Virus record (IMG/VR): IMGVR_UViG_3300021255_001460
Span: 26,107-90,106 of that record
Reading direction: 5' to 3' (one strand)
DNA length: 64,000 nucleotides
Origin: a virus
Taxonomy: Duplodnaviria > Caudoviricetes
Shown here: positions 53,421 through 63,831 of the stretch, in pieces
Layout: the number at the start of each line of letters is the position of its first letter
How positions within the stretch are numbered: the stretch's first letter is position 1
Notes under the pieces: generated by a model
Database searches by the model: none
What the model was told of the DNA's origin: nothing
The model's input: only the letters and a program-made list of their open reading frames with translations
Program-made: the position numbers and the translations under genes

Positions 53421-54164
53421 TTACGCCGCGACAGCTACGCTATCAATCTTCGCAAACTTCATATCAAAAAATACCGGGTCAGCTTGCGCGGATTCCGGTA
53501 TTCCCGCAATGACGAAATCCATTTTGTAGAAGTCGCCATTCTTGGTTTCCACTGGAGCATATTGCTTCGCGGCCTGTAGATCAATCTTCCACACCTTGCC
53601 GCCCAGTGAAAATGTTCCGTCAGTTTGCACGACGCAACGTATGAAGTTCTTGATTCGATAGTCTCGCCTCGCCGCACAAACTAATGTGTAGCGGTCTGGC
53701 TTTCTGCTGTGCCTCGGCTTCGGCATCCTTGCTCTGGTCACCTTTTCTCTGAGTTTGGGCGGCATCTCGTTATCCCAGTCATCTGCCATGCGGTTGAAAG
53801 CAATTCTTTGGTTGCGGTCAACCTTTGTCATGTCCAGATCCTGATTGGACTCGATCATGTCCTGATAGTCAAACGGGCAAGACGAAACCGGAATCTCATG
53901 TGCGTTGATTACCGCGCTCTTGTATGCACTGATCACATCATCCTGACCCCCACATAGCAGGAATGTTCCCAGTGAATCAAGGAAGCGCCGCACCTTATCT
54001 CCCGGAGTTATCATGCCGCCAGAACTGTTATCCCAATTCGTCAGGCAATAAGATTCCCAGCGGTTCAGTAAGTCATTCGCGATCTTCTCCCGCTCTTCAG
54101 CAGTAGTGGCTTTCACCATTTCCGCTCGTCCACGGGGAGTCGCTATGTGATAGCCTCTCGCCAA
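53421..54164 (-). CDS. Hypothetical protein
   Basis: SD GGGGAGGGG and TTG at 54164. Confidence 0.65.
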   Translation of the reverse strand: MARGYHIATPRGRAEMVKATTAEEREKIANDLLNRWESYCLTNWDNSSGGMITPGDKVRRFLDSLGTFLLCGGQDDVISAYKSAVINAHEIPVSSCPFDYQDMIESNQDLDMTKVDRNQRIAFNRMADDWDNEMPPKLREKVTRARMPKPRHSRKPDRYTLVCAARRDYRIKNFIRCVVQTDGTFSLGGKVWKIDLQAAKQYAPVETKNGDFYKMDFVIAGIPESAQADPVFFDMKFAKIDSVAVAA

Positions 54165-54584
54165 TGAAATACCCCTCCCCATATATAATATCAAAAGTTA
54201 GTCGCTTAAAACGCAGTTTTTCAACGAAAAATTTTAAAAAATTTACAATTGTGCAAATTCGTCAACTTTGTTTTGAGTTTTTCGCCCGGATCACATCGCA
54301 CGATTCGTAGAGCGGCACAGCTTCGTTATCCAGAAACACTTCAACAAAAGCAAAAGAACTGTTGCCGAAACATGTCATCACGTACCCAACCCTCATCTGG
54401 CGATCAAGTGACTCGAGGAAATCGTGCGTCCACCAGACATGCCCATCATCCTTAGTCATCCGCTCCAGATACGCAGGAGAAACATTGATGGCGGCAAGCC
54501 CTTCCAATAACTCGCCGCCACCAAGATAACGCTTCGCCATCAGTTCCGTACAGTATCTGCCGCCACAAATTGTACACAGCGGCC

Positions 54585-55382
54585 TTACTTGATCTTCAGC
54601 CATTTGTTGACCTCATTCAGCACAAGTGGCGAGTCTGTGTTGTACGCGAAGTCCAACTCCTTCATGTACCACTTCTTAATGTCGTCGAACTTCACAAACT
54701 GGAAGCCATGATCGTCGACCCGTGTAAACATTACGCCGTACAATCCTGCGGCAAGATGCTTATACATGTAGTCGATATCGTTGGCATCTTCAAGTATGAT
54801 CTTGTTGGTCTTCGTGTTGCAATCTCCGCAGGTCAGCAGGACATTGTACTGTTTGCCATTCTTGCCCGCAAAGGTCGCCACCCAAACAGCGCTGTTATTG
54901 TTCCCTGTCATTCTGTCGCTTACGTACTTGATGCCTTCTATAGGAATCATTGCCGCAAACGAATTCATCATGTTCTTGTGAATGTCACCGATCGGGTCTT
55001 CGTCGGCTTCGCGTTCTCCGCTGTATTCGCAATCATCGCTGAACTCGCAGTCTTCGCAGTCTCCGCAGTAGTCCTCGTCTTCTTCAGCTTCTTCGTCTTC
55101 AGCTTCGTCTTCCTCTTCGCCAGCTTTAGCTTCCTCTTCTTCGCCGCCGAAAACATCCATGCCGATGTTGACGAGATCCTCGACCAGACTATTGTAAGCC
55201 GCCGCCAAAGCTTTCATGGCGTAGGTATCCTCGAAGAATTCGTCGTCCGCTTTCCGCAACAACTTGCTCACCTTCACAGCCGTCGTAAGCCGCTCCAGCA
55301 CCATCACCACATACATCTTTGCCTCTTCGTTCCAGTCGCCGTCCTTCACAGCTTCGCGCAACTGTTCAAGATCTTTGTTCAT
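54585..55382 (-). CDS. Hypothetical protein with an acidic low-complexity linker
   Basis: Long ORF with a D/E tract and a CGDCEDC motif. Confidence 0.65.
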   Translation of the reverse strand: MNKDLEQLREAVKDGDWNEEAKMYVVMVLERLTTAVKVSKLLRKADDEFFEDTYAMKALAAAYNSLVEDLVNIGMDVFGGEEEEAKAGEEEDEAEDEEAEEDEDYCGDCEDCEFSDDCEYSGEREADEDPIGDIHKNMMNSFAAMIPIEGIKYVSDRMTGNNNSAVWVATFAGKNGKQYNVLLTCGDCNTKTNKIILEDANDIDYMYKHLAAGLYGVMFTRVDDHGFQFVKFDDIKKWYMKELDFAYNTDSPLVLNEVNKWLKIK

Positions 55383-55881
55383 AAGCATCCCCCTTATTCA
55401 TTTCTGCAATAGCCTCGTCGATCACTTCATAGACGAGTGCAATCTCTTTATCAATCTCTGCGGCCTTCTGCTCGTCAGGAGTCGCATCCAAAATGTTCAA
55501 CAAATGTCTCCGCACATCTTCAGCCACCGAACTGTCACTAAGCACCATGCCCACACGACAGATCGCACGTTTGGGCCACAAGAGCAGACCGAAATCTGGA
55601 ATAGTGATTTCAGTGCCATCATTCAAGGTCAACACTGTTTTTGGTTCGTCTGGCTTCCACGCACCAACGCCATCTGCCTCGAATTCGTCATCATACAATG
55701 TCAAGTTCATCAAGATCTTGCTCACAGGTACTTCATAAAACTCAGCGACCTGTTCTGTGGTGGCAAGTTCGATACCGCCCACCACAAAGAGAGACTTGAT
55801 ACGCTGAAGCGATTCAACATGGCTGGCAATTGCGTCGCAGTATTCTCTGTTTTCCTGTTCCAACTTATCGAGGTAATCCAT
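55366..55881 (-). CDS. Antirepressor-like DNA-binding protein (tentative)
   Basis: ATTEQVAEFYEV and KRAICRVGMVL.DS.VA..VR..LL segments resemble phage antirepressor N-domains. Confidence 0.45.
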   Translation of the reverse strand: MDYLDKLEQENREYCDAIASHVESLQRIKSLFVVGGIELATTEQVAEFYEVPVSKILMNLTLYDDEFEADGVGAWKPDEPKTVLTLNDGTEITIPDFGLLLWPKRAICRVGMVLSDSSVAEDVRRHLLNILDATPDEQKAAEIDKEIALVYEVIDEAIAEMNKGDAYEQRS

Positions 55882-55940
55882 ACAATTTCTCCTTTCGTCT
55901 TACCCGACCTGAAGAGATTGCTCTACTCATCTCTTCACTG

Positions 55941-55998
55941 GGGTAATGGGGAAAAATTGTGCGGATGGTAAGTTGGCACATGTAACAAAAGTGTTACA
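55941..55998 (-). promoter_or_regulatory. Conserved upstream element, copy 2
   Basis: TGTAACA-CTTT-TGTTACA-TGTGCCAACTTACCATCCGCACAATTTTTCCCCATTACC; matches 2437-2498. Confidence 0.6.
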
Positions 55999-56113
55999 AA
56001 ACTGCCCATTCATTTTATTGGACTTTTTGACCCATTTAGCCGCCTCTGGAAGTGGGGGTGGACAAATACCCAGCCCCGACCCCAGACCCGCCTGTTTGGG
56101 GTCGCGAAGCCCG

Positions 56114-56380
56114 TTAATTAATTGGTTTCGAGAAAAGATTCTTCGCCCGTTCCCTCGCGGCTTCGCGCTGGCTTTCGCTCACATGTCGCGGTGGACGAAT
56201 TTTGACCCACTTGAACGGAACGCGAACCACCATCATGCCGTCGTTGTCCTCGGGCAGTGCATCCACTATTACGTCGCCCGGGTGTGCCGCCACCAGTTTC
56301 TTCAGCTTGGTGATGGTGGCGCGGTCGTCTGCGCTTACACAAGCGATCTTGCCGTCGCAACTATCAATACCAAAATCCAT
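56114..56380 (-). CDS. Conserved-looking small phage protein
   Basis: SD AAGGGG; ...PFKWVKIRPPRHVSESQREAARER. Confidence 0.6.
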   Translation of the reverse strand: MDFGIDSCDGKIACVSADDRATITKLKKLVAAHPGDVIVDALPEDNDGMMVVRVPFKWVKIRPPRHVSESQREAARERAKNLFSKPIN

Positions 56381-56396
56381 AAGTCAGCCCCCTTAC

Positions 56397-56723
56397 TTAT
56401 CCTCGCGAAGTCGAAGCGCCAGCGTAGACTTCGCTCCATCGTTCGTTGTTTGCCGACACAATTTTAGCTACCGCTTTCGCAAAGGGCTTTGCGGAATAGT
56501 CTGCTAGTGCGACAGCGTCCGCTTCTTCCAACGTAAGCCCCGCGCCAGCGATTAACTCATCTAATGCCAAGTATGTGAGCCGCACAGGTGAGTCCACCTC
56601 GAGTTGCCCCGCTTCATATTCGTCCCGGTGAATCAGCAGAGCGGCGACCACCCGTGGCTCGGATAGCGGCGTGTACGACCAGTCATCGATCTCATACTTC
56701 TTTGACGCTCTTTTTCGCCGCAT
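56397..56723 (-). CDS. Hypothetical protein (possibly a degenerate sigma region-4-like domain)
   Basis: YLALDELI..AGLT...AVAKIVSANNERW pattern. Confidence 0.4.
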   Translation of the reverse strand: MRRKRASKKYEIDDWSYTPLSEPRVVAALLIHRDEYEAGQLEVDSPVRLTYLALDELIAGAGLTLEEADAVALADYSAKPFAKAVAKIVSANNERWSEVYAGASTSRG

Positions 56724-57180
56724 GTGATTTGTTCCTTGTAGTTACTTTGGTATCCGGGACTTCAGCTAACGCATCGGCTGACGCTTCGCCGCCACTCTTT
56801 GCTCCGCTTCGCTCCGCGCCGCACAACAATTCCTCATCCATGACGCGACTGCTCGGTTCGCTATCGCTCCCCTCGCTTTCGCTTGTGTGGTTCGCGCCAG
56901 AAGTTGCGCTTGGAACAAAGGTGGCGCTCTTCAGTTCGCGGAGATCCCGCTCAAGCGACACCAGTTCGCGCTCGAGGTTTGTATTCTCCTTGTCAAGACC
57001 TGCGTAGCTGTCCGCTAACGCTTGGATCAGTTCCACATTGTTGAGCAGGTAGTTGACCAGTGCTTCGCGGCTGGCGACCTCTTTCATGCGAAGCTGTCGC
57101 GCCCGCTCCAGCCCCCTCGCCAGCACCTTGAGCCGCGCACCAAACTCGCCCACCTTGTTCTTGACTTCGATTTGATTCAT
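56692..57180 (-). CDS. Coiled-coil hypothetical protein
   Basis: SD GGGGG and ATG; heptad-rich N-terminal half. Confidence 0.55.
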   Translation of the reverse strand: MNQIEVKNKVGEFGARLKVLARGLERARQLRMKEVASREALVNYLLNNVELIQALADSYAGLDKENTNLERELVSLERDLRELKSATFVPSATSGANHTSESEGSDSEPSSRVMDEELLCGAERSGAKSGGEASADALAEVPDTKVTTRNKSHAAKKSVKEV

Positions 57181-57229
57181 CTCGTTGACCCCCTATATAT
57201 AGAGTTCTGTTTAAAGTAAATTACTTAGT

Positions 57230-57550
57230 ATGCAAGTATTCTCTTTAACTATTACTCTTATTCAAAGAAGGAAATATAGTAATTAACGCACCAACAAGAG
57301 TATTTGTTATGAGTAATGTTGGAGGTAACAAGAATTCTGCTTAAGAGGGAAAGATTACTAGTAGAGTACACTCTTGTAGTAGAATTCTTGTTAGCTATAA
57401 AGAGTACTGTTAACAAGAACTCTTGTATTGATACTCTACTTAGTGATAAGAGTTCTTGTTAAAGAATACTCTTGTATAGATATTCCTTGTTTGTTATAAG
57501 AGTACTTGCTAAAGAGAATACTGTAGCTAAAGATAATTCTTGTTAGCTAC
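57230..57550. repeat. AT-rich cluster of degenerate palindromic AAGAGTACTCTTGT-like repeats
   Basis: About ten variants, e.g. AACAAGAACTCTTGT, AAGAGTTCTTGTT, AAGAATACTCTTGT, AGAATTCTTGTTAGCTA; no credible ORF. Confidence 0.6.
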
Positions 57551-59358
57551 ATATATTCTCTATATAGAATATATATATTAATAATAATACGCGCACGCAC
57601 GCGCGTATATAGAAGGGAAAATTTTGATGCGGTCACGAAAGTCCTTGAGCCGCAACAGGTTGAGGCACTTTTGACGTACCCTGATGAGGAGTGTTTTGTG
57701 GCACGTTCTGAGGCTCTCCTTGAAATTCTCTCTTCACTAAGATAATGTGGAAAAATTCTCGATTTGGTAAGCGATCAGGAAAGAAAAATTTTCTTGGTCG
57801 AAGCTTCGCTATAGGCCGCAACAGCACCATGTGTTTGCGATGTGGAATGAGTTGCGTGACAGGTGGAACAGGTTGGCACAATTTGTATGCGGCACGAACG
57901 AAGTGAGTACGAGTGAACGGAGTGAACGAGTTGAACGTAGCGAGTTGAATGAGCGAAGCGAATGAGTATGAGCCGAAGGCGAATTGAGCGTAGCGGCGAT
58001 ATAAAGTTAATGTACATATTTTCGTACAATTTTTGCGGGTTTTGTACATATTTTCGTGCGAATTTCTGTGATTGTTGTGCGGTTTTTCTGGGGATGTTGT
58101 ATTAAAAATTTCTATATCCGCATCAATATTTTTGTAGCGCTTGCGAAACGAAATAGCTACATATACCCAACGTTGAGAAATTTGTGGGTTCGATTTTGTC
58201 AATTTCAGTTTTGTGCGAGGGTGAAAATTGTACGAAGTGTTACGCGATTCTGGGGCGATTGGCGTAACAGTTAAAAACGGGAAATTTGTTTTTAGTTGTG
58301 GGATATGGTAGGTGTGTGGAGATGGCTGGAAGAGGTCAAATAGGTTGCGGCGTAAAGGGTCTGGGTTTTGCGAAAGCTGTTATGGGTGGAGTACTAAAAA
58401 ATGAATTTTATGTTGATAGATGTCGCCCCCGCCAACTTGAAACCGTCTGGTCATTGCGTAACGTAAAACCATATTACGTTTCGCCGGGCAGGAGCAAAGG
58501 CCATTTACCTACTAGCTGACTAGGTAATACATATGAACAGTCATTCATATGAACAGTCATTCATATGTTCATAATTATGAACACGTTCATATATATGAAC
58601 ATGACTAACTTCTATTTCATCACACAATAAACCGCATTTCAATACATTTCCTCTTCCTGCTCAAAATAGGCGAATCGCTGTAAAGCCCTCTATTTTTCGT
58701 TCTAAGACGTTCGTTTTCCCCATGACATATTTATCATCCCCAAAAACAGCCAGTCAGACGCGAAAATAGATACCTTCCCATTGATTGCCATATTTTACCA
58801 ATTCTTCCAATTTGCATATTTATACAGTATATTCTGTATATTTATGCATTATACCTATACATGATATCTATGATACTATACTCTTTTTGGTTATATCGTT
58901 ATACCTATATCTTGTTTAGTATTGGTATACTTTTTTCTTACCATTCAGTATAGTATTTTTAAACTTTCAGTTTAATAATTTCAATCCTCTTTCCTACTTC
59001 TATTCCATTTATCATGTCAAGCCATCGCCGAAGTAGTTAACCGTGTTTAACCTATTTTCCCTCATTGCTCCGCTTGATAGTTAGACGTGTCTAACCGTAT
59101 CTCCTGCCCGATGGCTGAATCCCACATGAAAATGATCAAATTCGACTCGAAAAAAATTTAGCAAGATGCCGATCCGTAAACCCACACGAAAGTCTACTAA
59201 CCTACTAGACTAATAGGTAATTCTTCCCTATTCCAGCCAGCTAACCAGCAGGAAACGACTTTCCGTTTTTTGCTATATAATGAAGGAAAAATATCACAAA
59301 AACATGAAAAGCTTACTGGCAGTAAGAGATTCAGCGTTTTTATGATATTTTTTGAAAC

Positions 59359-59414
59359 TGTCACAATTTTGTTACATCAAACTACTTGCAATGATACGTA
59401 TCATGCCCTATAAT
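59359..59414 (+). promoter_or_regulatory. Sigma70 promoter with an upstream TGTNACA-N4-TGTTACA operator
   Basis: TTGCAA (59386) -17 bp- TATAAT (59409); TGTCACA-ATTT-TGTTACA at 59359-59376. Confidence 0.75.
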
Positions 59415-59620
59415 ATGCATAGTTCCTGATGAAGGAACTGCCCGGGAGGACTTACAATCCTGCGGTTTCCCTCTCATTTGAGAGAAAAGGCAATTCTGCT
59501 GGATACCTAAGTGTTTCTTGACAACTCAACAAAACAAGCGCGTTTCCTGTATATATGGCATGGAACAAGTTACGACTATTAAACCATGTATAAAAACATA
59601 TGTATAGGAGGATATGAAAA

Positions 59621-60601
59621 ATGTCTACAAATTGTATGGTACTTAAGGATTGCAAGCGCTATGATGAAATGATATCTGTAATGACCAAAGTCAAAGAATA
59701 CCTGTTGAGTGATGATCATCACTTGACAGATTTGGAATTGACGGCTGACATGGAAAGTTTGAAGGATATCATGAAAGATATTAATCTTGAAATTCTTACA
59801 GACTATGTAACGAACAAAGTTACTAATCCCGTCGAAGCTTTACAGAATCCAATCTATATGCGCTACAAAGTCAATTTCACAGACGACGGAAAAGCTAGCA
59901 CAGATGGCACAAAATGCTTCTTGTCTCTTTCTCTTGTTCTTGACTTAATCCCATCAATTGCTGACAAGCTTTCAGCAGAAAACAAGATTCAAGCGCTTTT
60001 TGAAAAGACAGAAAGCCTTGTAAATGGACACGTTGAAAGCAATACTTCCATCATAAGCGCTTTGAATGCTATCTTGAAACTGATGGGAAGTGAGGCACAA
60101 GCCATGGCATCACATGCACGTGACTTCAAGTCTCAATTCATGGGATATAGCAAGCTGGCTAATGGCTACAATGGTACTTCTGCAAAGCGTTTCGCAGATA
60201 TCCTTGTTAAAACGCTTGCTATCATTCAGCAGAGAAGAACATTGTCTATCCTGACAAATGAACAGCAGAAAGAAGAAAAGAGTGTTTTACATGCCTTTAC
60301 TCTTCTGCCGGATGGAAAAGAAACTGCACTGAAAGCACAAGCAGACAAGGAAAAAGCAGACATGGAAGCAAAACAAGCCATGAATGCAGAAGCAGTCAAA
60401 GAAGCCCACGAAACTGCTGAATTGATTGAAAAGACTATGCAGATTGTCAAAGCAGAAGTGATTAAGAGTCAAACAGAAGACAATGACAAGAAAGCACAGA
60501 AAGCGCAGGAAAGAGCAGTCAAGGCAAAGCAGTACAACGATAACAAGCGCAAGGCAGAGCAGAAAAAAGCACAGCAGGAAAAGAAAGCACTCACAGCATA
60601 A
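59621..60601 (+). CDS. Hypothetical early protein with a K/Q/E coiled-coil tail
   Basis: SD AGGAGG; first ORF after the consensus promoter. Confidence 0.75.
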   Translation: MSTNCMVLKDCKRYDEMISVMTKVKEYLLSDDHHLTDLELTADMESLKDIMKDINLEILTDYVTNKVTNPVEALQNPIYMRYKVNFTDDGKASTDGTKCFLSLSLVLDLIPSIADKLSAENKIQALFEKTESLVNGHVESNTSIISALNAILKLMGSEAQAMASHARDFKSQFMGYSKLANGYNGTSAKRFADILVKTLAIIQQRRTLSILTNEQQKEEKSVLHAFTLLPDGKETALKAQADKEKADMEAKQAMNAEAVKEAHETAELIEKTMQIVKAEVIKSQTEDNDKKAQKAQERAVKAKQYNDNKRKAEQKKAQQEKKALTA

Positions 60602-61165
60602 CATGAACAGCCATATGACAGGAAACGCGCACATTAAGAGATTATACACAAACTTGTGTATAGTCTCTTTTTGTGTGCATTTTTTTTGATTCCATGCCAT
60701 GCATACAGGAAGCGCGCAAGCTATACAAGCACATTACAGCAGGAAACTAGCCAACTAATAGAATTCTACTCTTACATGGGAATTGTAGGAATACCACCAG
60801 CAGGATAACTATAAATTTATACCTACATGGCTATCGTCTGGGAGAATCCCACATGAACCATGTACTGATTGAGATTCTCTTGTATATGGGATTGTCTCGC
60901 CCATCAGGAAAAATACAGGATTGAGTGCTATCACTAAGTTGGAGCAGTTTAAACCGTGAAATCCCTTCCTGCTGACATTGTGCAAGTGTACAAAAAGCCT
61001 TTACGTAGCACCTTGCCTTGACCGGGATATAAGTATGCGTATACTATTATTTCGGAAGTAGTATCTTTATGCGGCCCATGAGGAAACCATTGTAGGTTTA
61101 AACCGTGAAATCACTTCCCATGAATCCGCATATCGCCGCAGAAAATTGAAAGGAACAGGTGAAAT

Positions 61166-61423
61166 ATGACTGAAAAGGCAAGTCAGGTTGATAGTGATAA
61201 CCGCAAGGGAAAGCAAAATGTAGCAAAACAGAATGAGTGGCGACGCAATAATACTATCCGTATAAACGTTAGCTTTACCATTCTGTCAGGGATTCCGCAA
61301 GCTTTGGAAAAGGCTTGTGAAGCAACTGGGCAAACTGTTCCGCAGTACGCCCGTGCCGCGATCATTCAAGCTTTGCAATGGGATGGTTTCAATCCCGAGG
61401 ATTATAAGCCGTCCCAAAAGTGA
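61166..61423 (+). CDS. Small putative DNA-binding (ribbon-helix-helix-like) protein
   Basis: RINVSF...IPQALEKACEATGQTVPQYARAAIIQAL. Confidence 0.5.
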   Translation: MTEKASQVDSDNRKGKQNVAKQNEWRRNNTIRINVSFTILSGIPQALEKACEATGQTVPQYARAAIIQALQWDGFNPEDYKPSQK

Positions 61424-61661
61424 TAAGTGTATAACTTCTCAGCAATATTGAATAGTGTGCGGCAAGCGAAGCGCAACAACAGCGAAGGTTTGCCCACAAG
61501 CGAAGCGAAACGACAGTTAAGCTTTGCAAATAAGCGCAATAAGCGAACCGGAGCGACAGCGAAGGTTCGCCCATTTTGAAAGACCAACTAGCTTATATGT
61601 TAGCTGGTCTTTTTAAGTGGGCGAAAACTATATAACGCTCACGAAGAAAGGAAGTTGGATT

Positions 61662-61997
61662 ATGAAAAACAAAATGAAGGCAGTGTGGGTAAGCTATACC
61701 CAACTCAGATGGACGCTCAGTTCCATCAAGCGCAACGGCAACGGATTGTCCATTATTATGCGGCCTGATGCATTCACTGCATGTTTCTTCAAAGACCGCG
61801 AAATCACAGGAATTGAAGCGGAACGTCTTTTGAACTTTGCGAACACATACAAGATGAACGACATTGAAATTGATTTCTGGAATAATATTATCCTTATGCG
61901 TGAAGATGCAGAATATCTCTATCATCTCAAAGATAATACAATATGTCATAGAGGATGGGGCGAATTCGATATCTGGACGGACTGGGAACGGTTCTGA
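61662..61997 (+). CDS. Hypothetical protein
   Basis: SD AAGGAAG and ATG inside the track ORF 61617-61997. Confidence 0.55.
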   Translation: MKNKMKAVWVSYTQLRWTLSSIKRNGNGLSIIMRPDAFTACFFKDREITGIEAERLLNFANTYKMNDIEIDFWNNIILMREDAEYLYHLKDNTICHRGWGEFDIWTDWERF

Positions 61998-62377
61998 CCA
62001 TAACTTTCCTACCATAATTCCGCATTCGTTAAGTGTGGTTGATGATATAATCCTACACTTCTATACGGTTCAATGCGGAATTTTTGTGTGCGGAATTTTC
62101 GGAATTTAAATTATCGCGAATTATCGCGAACAAGAAAGGAAGTTTGCTATGTTACTGTTTGCTCGGAAAGGTGCAAGCGCGATATTCTTGGAAATCATCG
62201 CGGAATCTCAGGACGTTGTTACGGTTATCCGTGTGAAAACTTTGTGCGGAATGCGGAATGATCGCGTTCCGTACTTCACCACTTGGGGCGAAAAAGTCGG
62301 GAAGACGTTCAATATTCGCAAGGCTTATCTTCGCAACTATGTTCGCACTCAATACGGAACTCAGATGCTGTGACTGA

Positions 62378-62749
62378 ATGCGGAAATTTGAAAGGAGAAT
62401 CACTATGACTATTCGTGAACAGATTCGGAACTTGTTTGTGCTTATGGTTGCTCTTCTGGTTGTGAGCGGAATTGTTGCGGTTGCGAAAGCCGATGAGGAT
62501 TGTTTCATTGAGGACGAATACGTGATTATCACGCCTTTCGGGGCGAAGGTTGTGTATGAGGATGAACTTGTTACGGAATCGCTCAACGGTCGCGTCTACG
62601 ACTCTTGGTTCGTTGACGGCGACGGCCTCATACCTTGTGAGGTGCTGAGTATGCCGACCGGAATCTACATCCGCTTGTTCCGTGTCAAATACAACTATGC
62701 GGAAACCATCGAAATCTGGAAGTGTGAGTGGTGTCCAGATCTCGATTGA
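62378..62749 (+). CDS. Secreted/membrane-anchored hypothetical protein
   Basis: Signal-peptide-like LFVLMVALLVVSGIVAVAKA; the true start is probably the MTIRE ATG. Confidence 0.55.
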   Translation: MRKFERRITMTIREQIRNLFVLMVALLVVSGIVAVAKADEDCFIEDEYVIITPFGAKVVYEDELVTESLNGRVYDSWFVDGDGLIPCEVLSMPTGIYIRLFRVKYNYAETIEIWKCEWCPDLD

Positions 62750-62855
62750 ATGCGGAAAAATCGCAAGTTAATTCTACTGGAGAAGGCACGGTCTTATGAT
62801 CGCGCCTTTTGTAGTGGAATTGATTTCCACAAATTAATAGTAGGAGGACATTGTT

Positions 62856-63719
62856 ATGTCGAAAAAATTTGATCTGGAATCTGCCCGTGTGTACGAACTT
62901 GCGGATATTCAAAAAACCCGTCCGCTGACTTATGCGGAAAAACTGGAACTGCTGACGATCTACCAGACTCCGTTCCATGATTCTGGAAAGATTCGCGGAA
63001 TTAAGTCGATGGATTCAAGTTGTCATGGATGTGAGTTCTGCAACAAAATGCGGAAATTCGCAGAAGAAGAACCTGCTTGTATTTGTGGCGAGTGCTATGA
63101 CGATGCACAGGAAAGCAGATGGAAGAACGTTGAAAATCGTCACGGACTCAACATGTTCATCATGTCCAACTTTGAATTCACGGTTGAGGAACTTGCAATG
63201 TTGGATCTGGAATGCACACCAATGCAGAAACTGAAGGCTGGAATTTCTGTTGCGGAACAGATTGTCCGTCAGAATTCTTCCGGTGATATCACTGGCAGAA
63301 TCATGGCTGGAAATTATCTGCGGACAATTATCGCCCATCCGAATATTCACATCGCATTGTGGGCAAAAAACGTCGCCCCAGTCGATGCCGCAATCGATGA
63401 AATTTGTGGCGGCGTGAAGCCCGCGAACATGGTATTCATCCGCAGTTCTGTTCTGATCGGAATTCCCGCAAAGCACTGCAAATATTCGGATTACATCTTT
63501 ACGGTGTACCCGGATAAGGAAACCTTGATGGCGGCTCTTAAAGAGGGCGGCTGTGAGTGCAATGGCAAGGAATGCCCGGAATGCGGATTCAAATGTTACT
63601 TACGGAAATGGGCAAATGGCGCGAATATCTGCGAACTTCTGCGCTGTCCAGAAAAGGATCGCCAGAAGTACGTGGATGCGTACAAGAAACTGGTCGCCAA
63701 AATGCAGAATCGTGAATAA
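62856..63719 (+). CDS. GP88-like Cys-rich phage protein (tentative)
   Basis: SCHGCEFC...CICGECY, R.NSSGD and ALWAKN pattern; SD AGGAGG. Confidence 0.5.
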   Translation: MSKKFDLESARVYELADIQKTRPLTYAEKLELLTIYQTPFHDSGKIRGIKSMDSSCHGCEFCNKMRKFAEEEPACICGECYDDAQESRWKNVENRHGLNMFIMSNFEFTVEELAMLDLECTPMQKLKAGISVAEQIVRQNSSGDITGRIMAGNYLRTIIAHPNIHIALWAKNVAPVDAAIDEICGGVKPANMVFIRSSVLIGIPAKHCKYSDYIFTVYPDKETLMAALKEGGCECNGKECPECGFKCYLRKWANGANICELLRCPEKDRQKYVDAYKKLVAKMQNRE

Positions 63720-63831
63720 GGGGATTTCTTATCCCCTTTAGTTCACGAAATGCAGAAAAATAAAATTCGTGAACTGCTTACCAAACAACAATCGCGAACT
63801 GCTTATATAAAAAGTGAAAGGACTGAACCGA

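Noticed and set aside
57895-58000. CRISPR array
   Set aside because: Units are 9-11 nt and contiguous, with no 30-40 nt unique spacers and no cas genes.
59420-59490. Hammerhead ribozyme at CTGATGA
   Set aside because: CTGATGA is the loop of a simple AGTTCC/GGAACT hairpin. I could not build stems II and III with a correctly placed GAAA.
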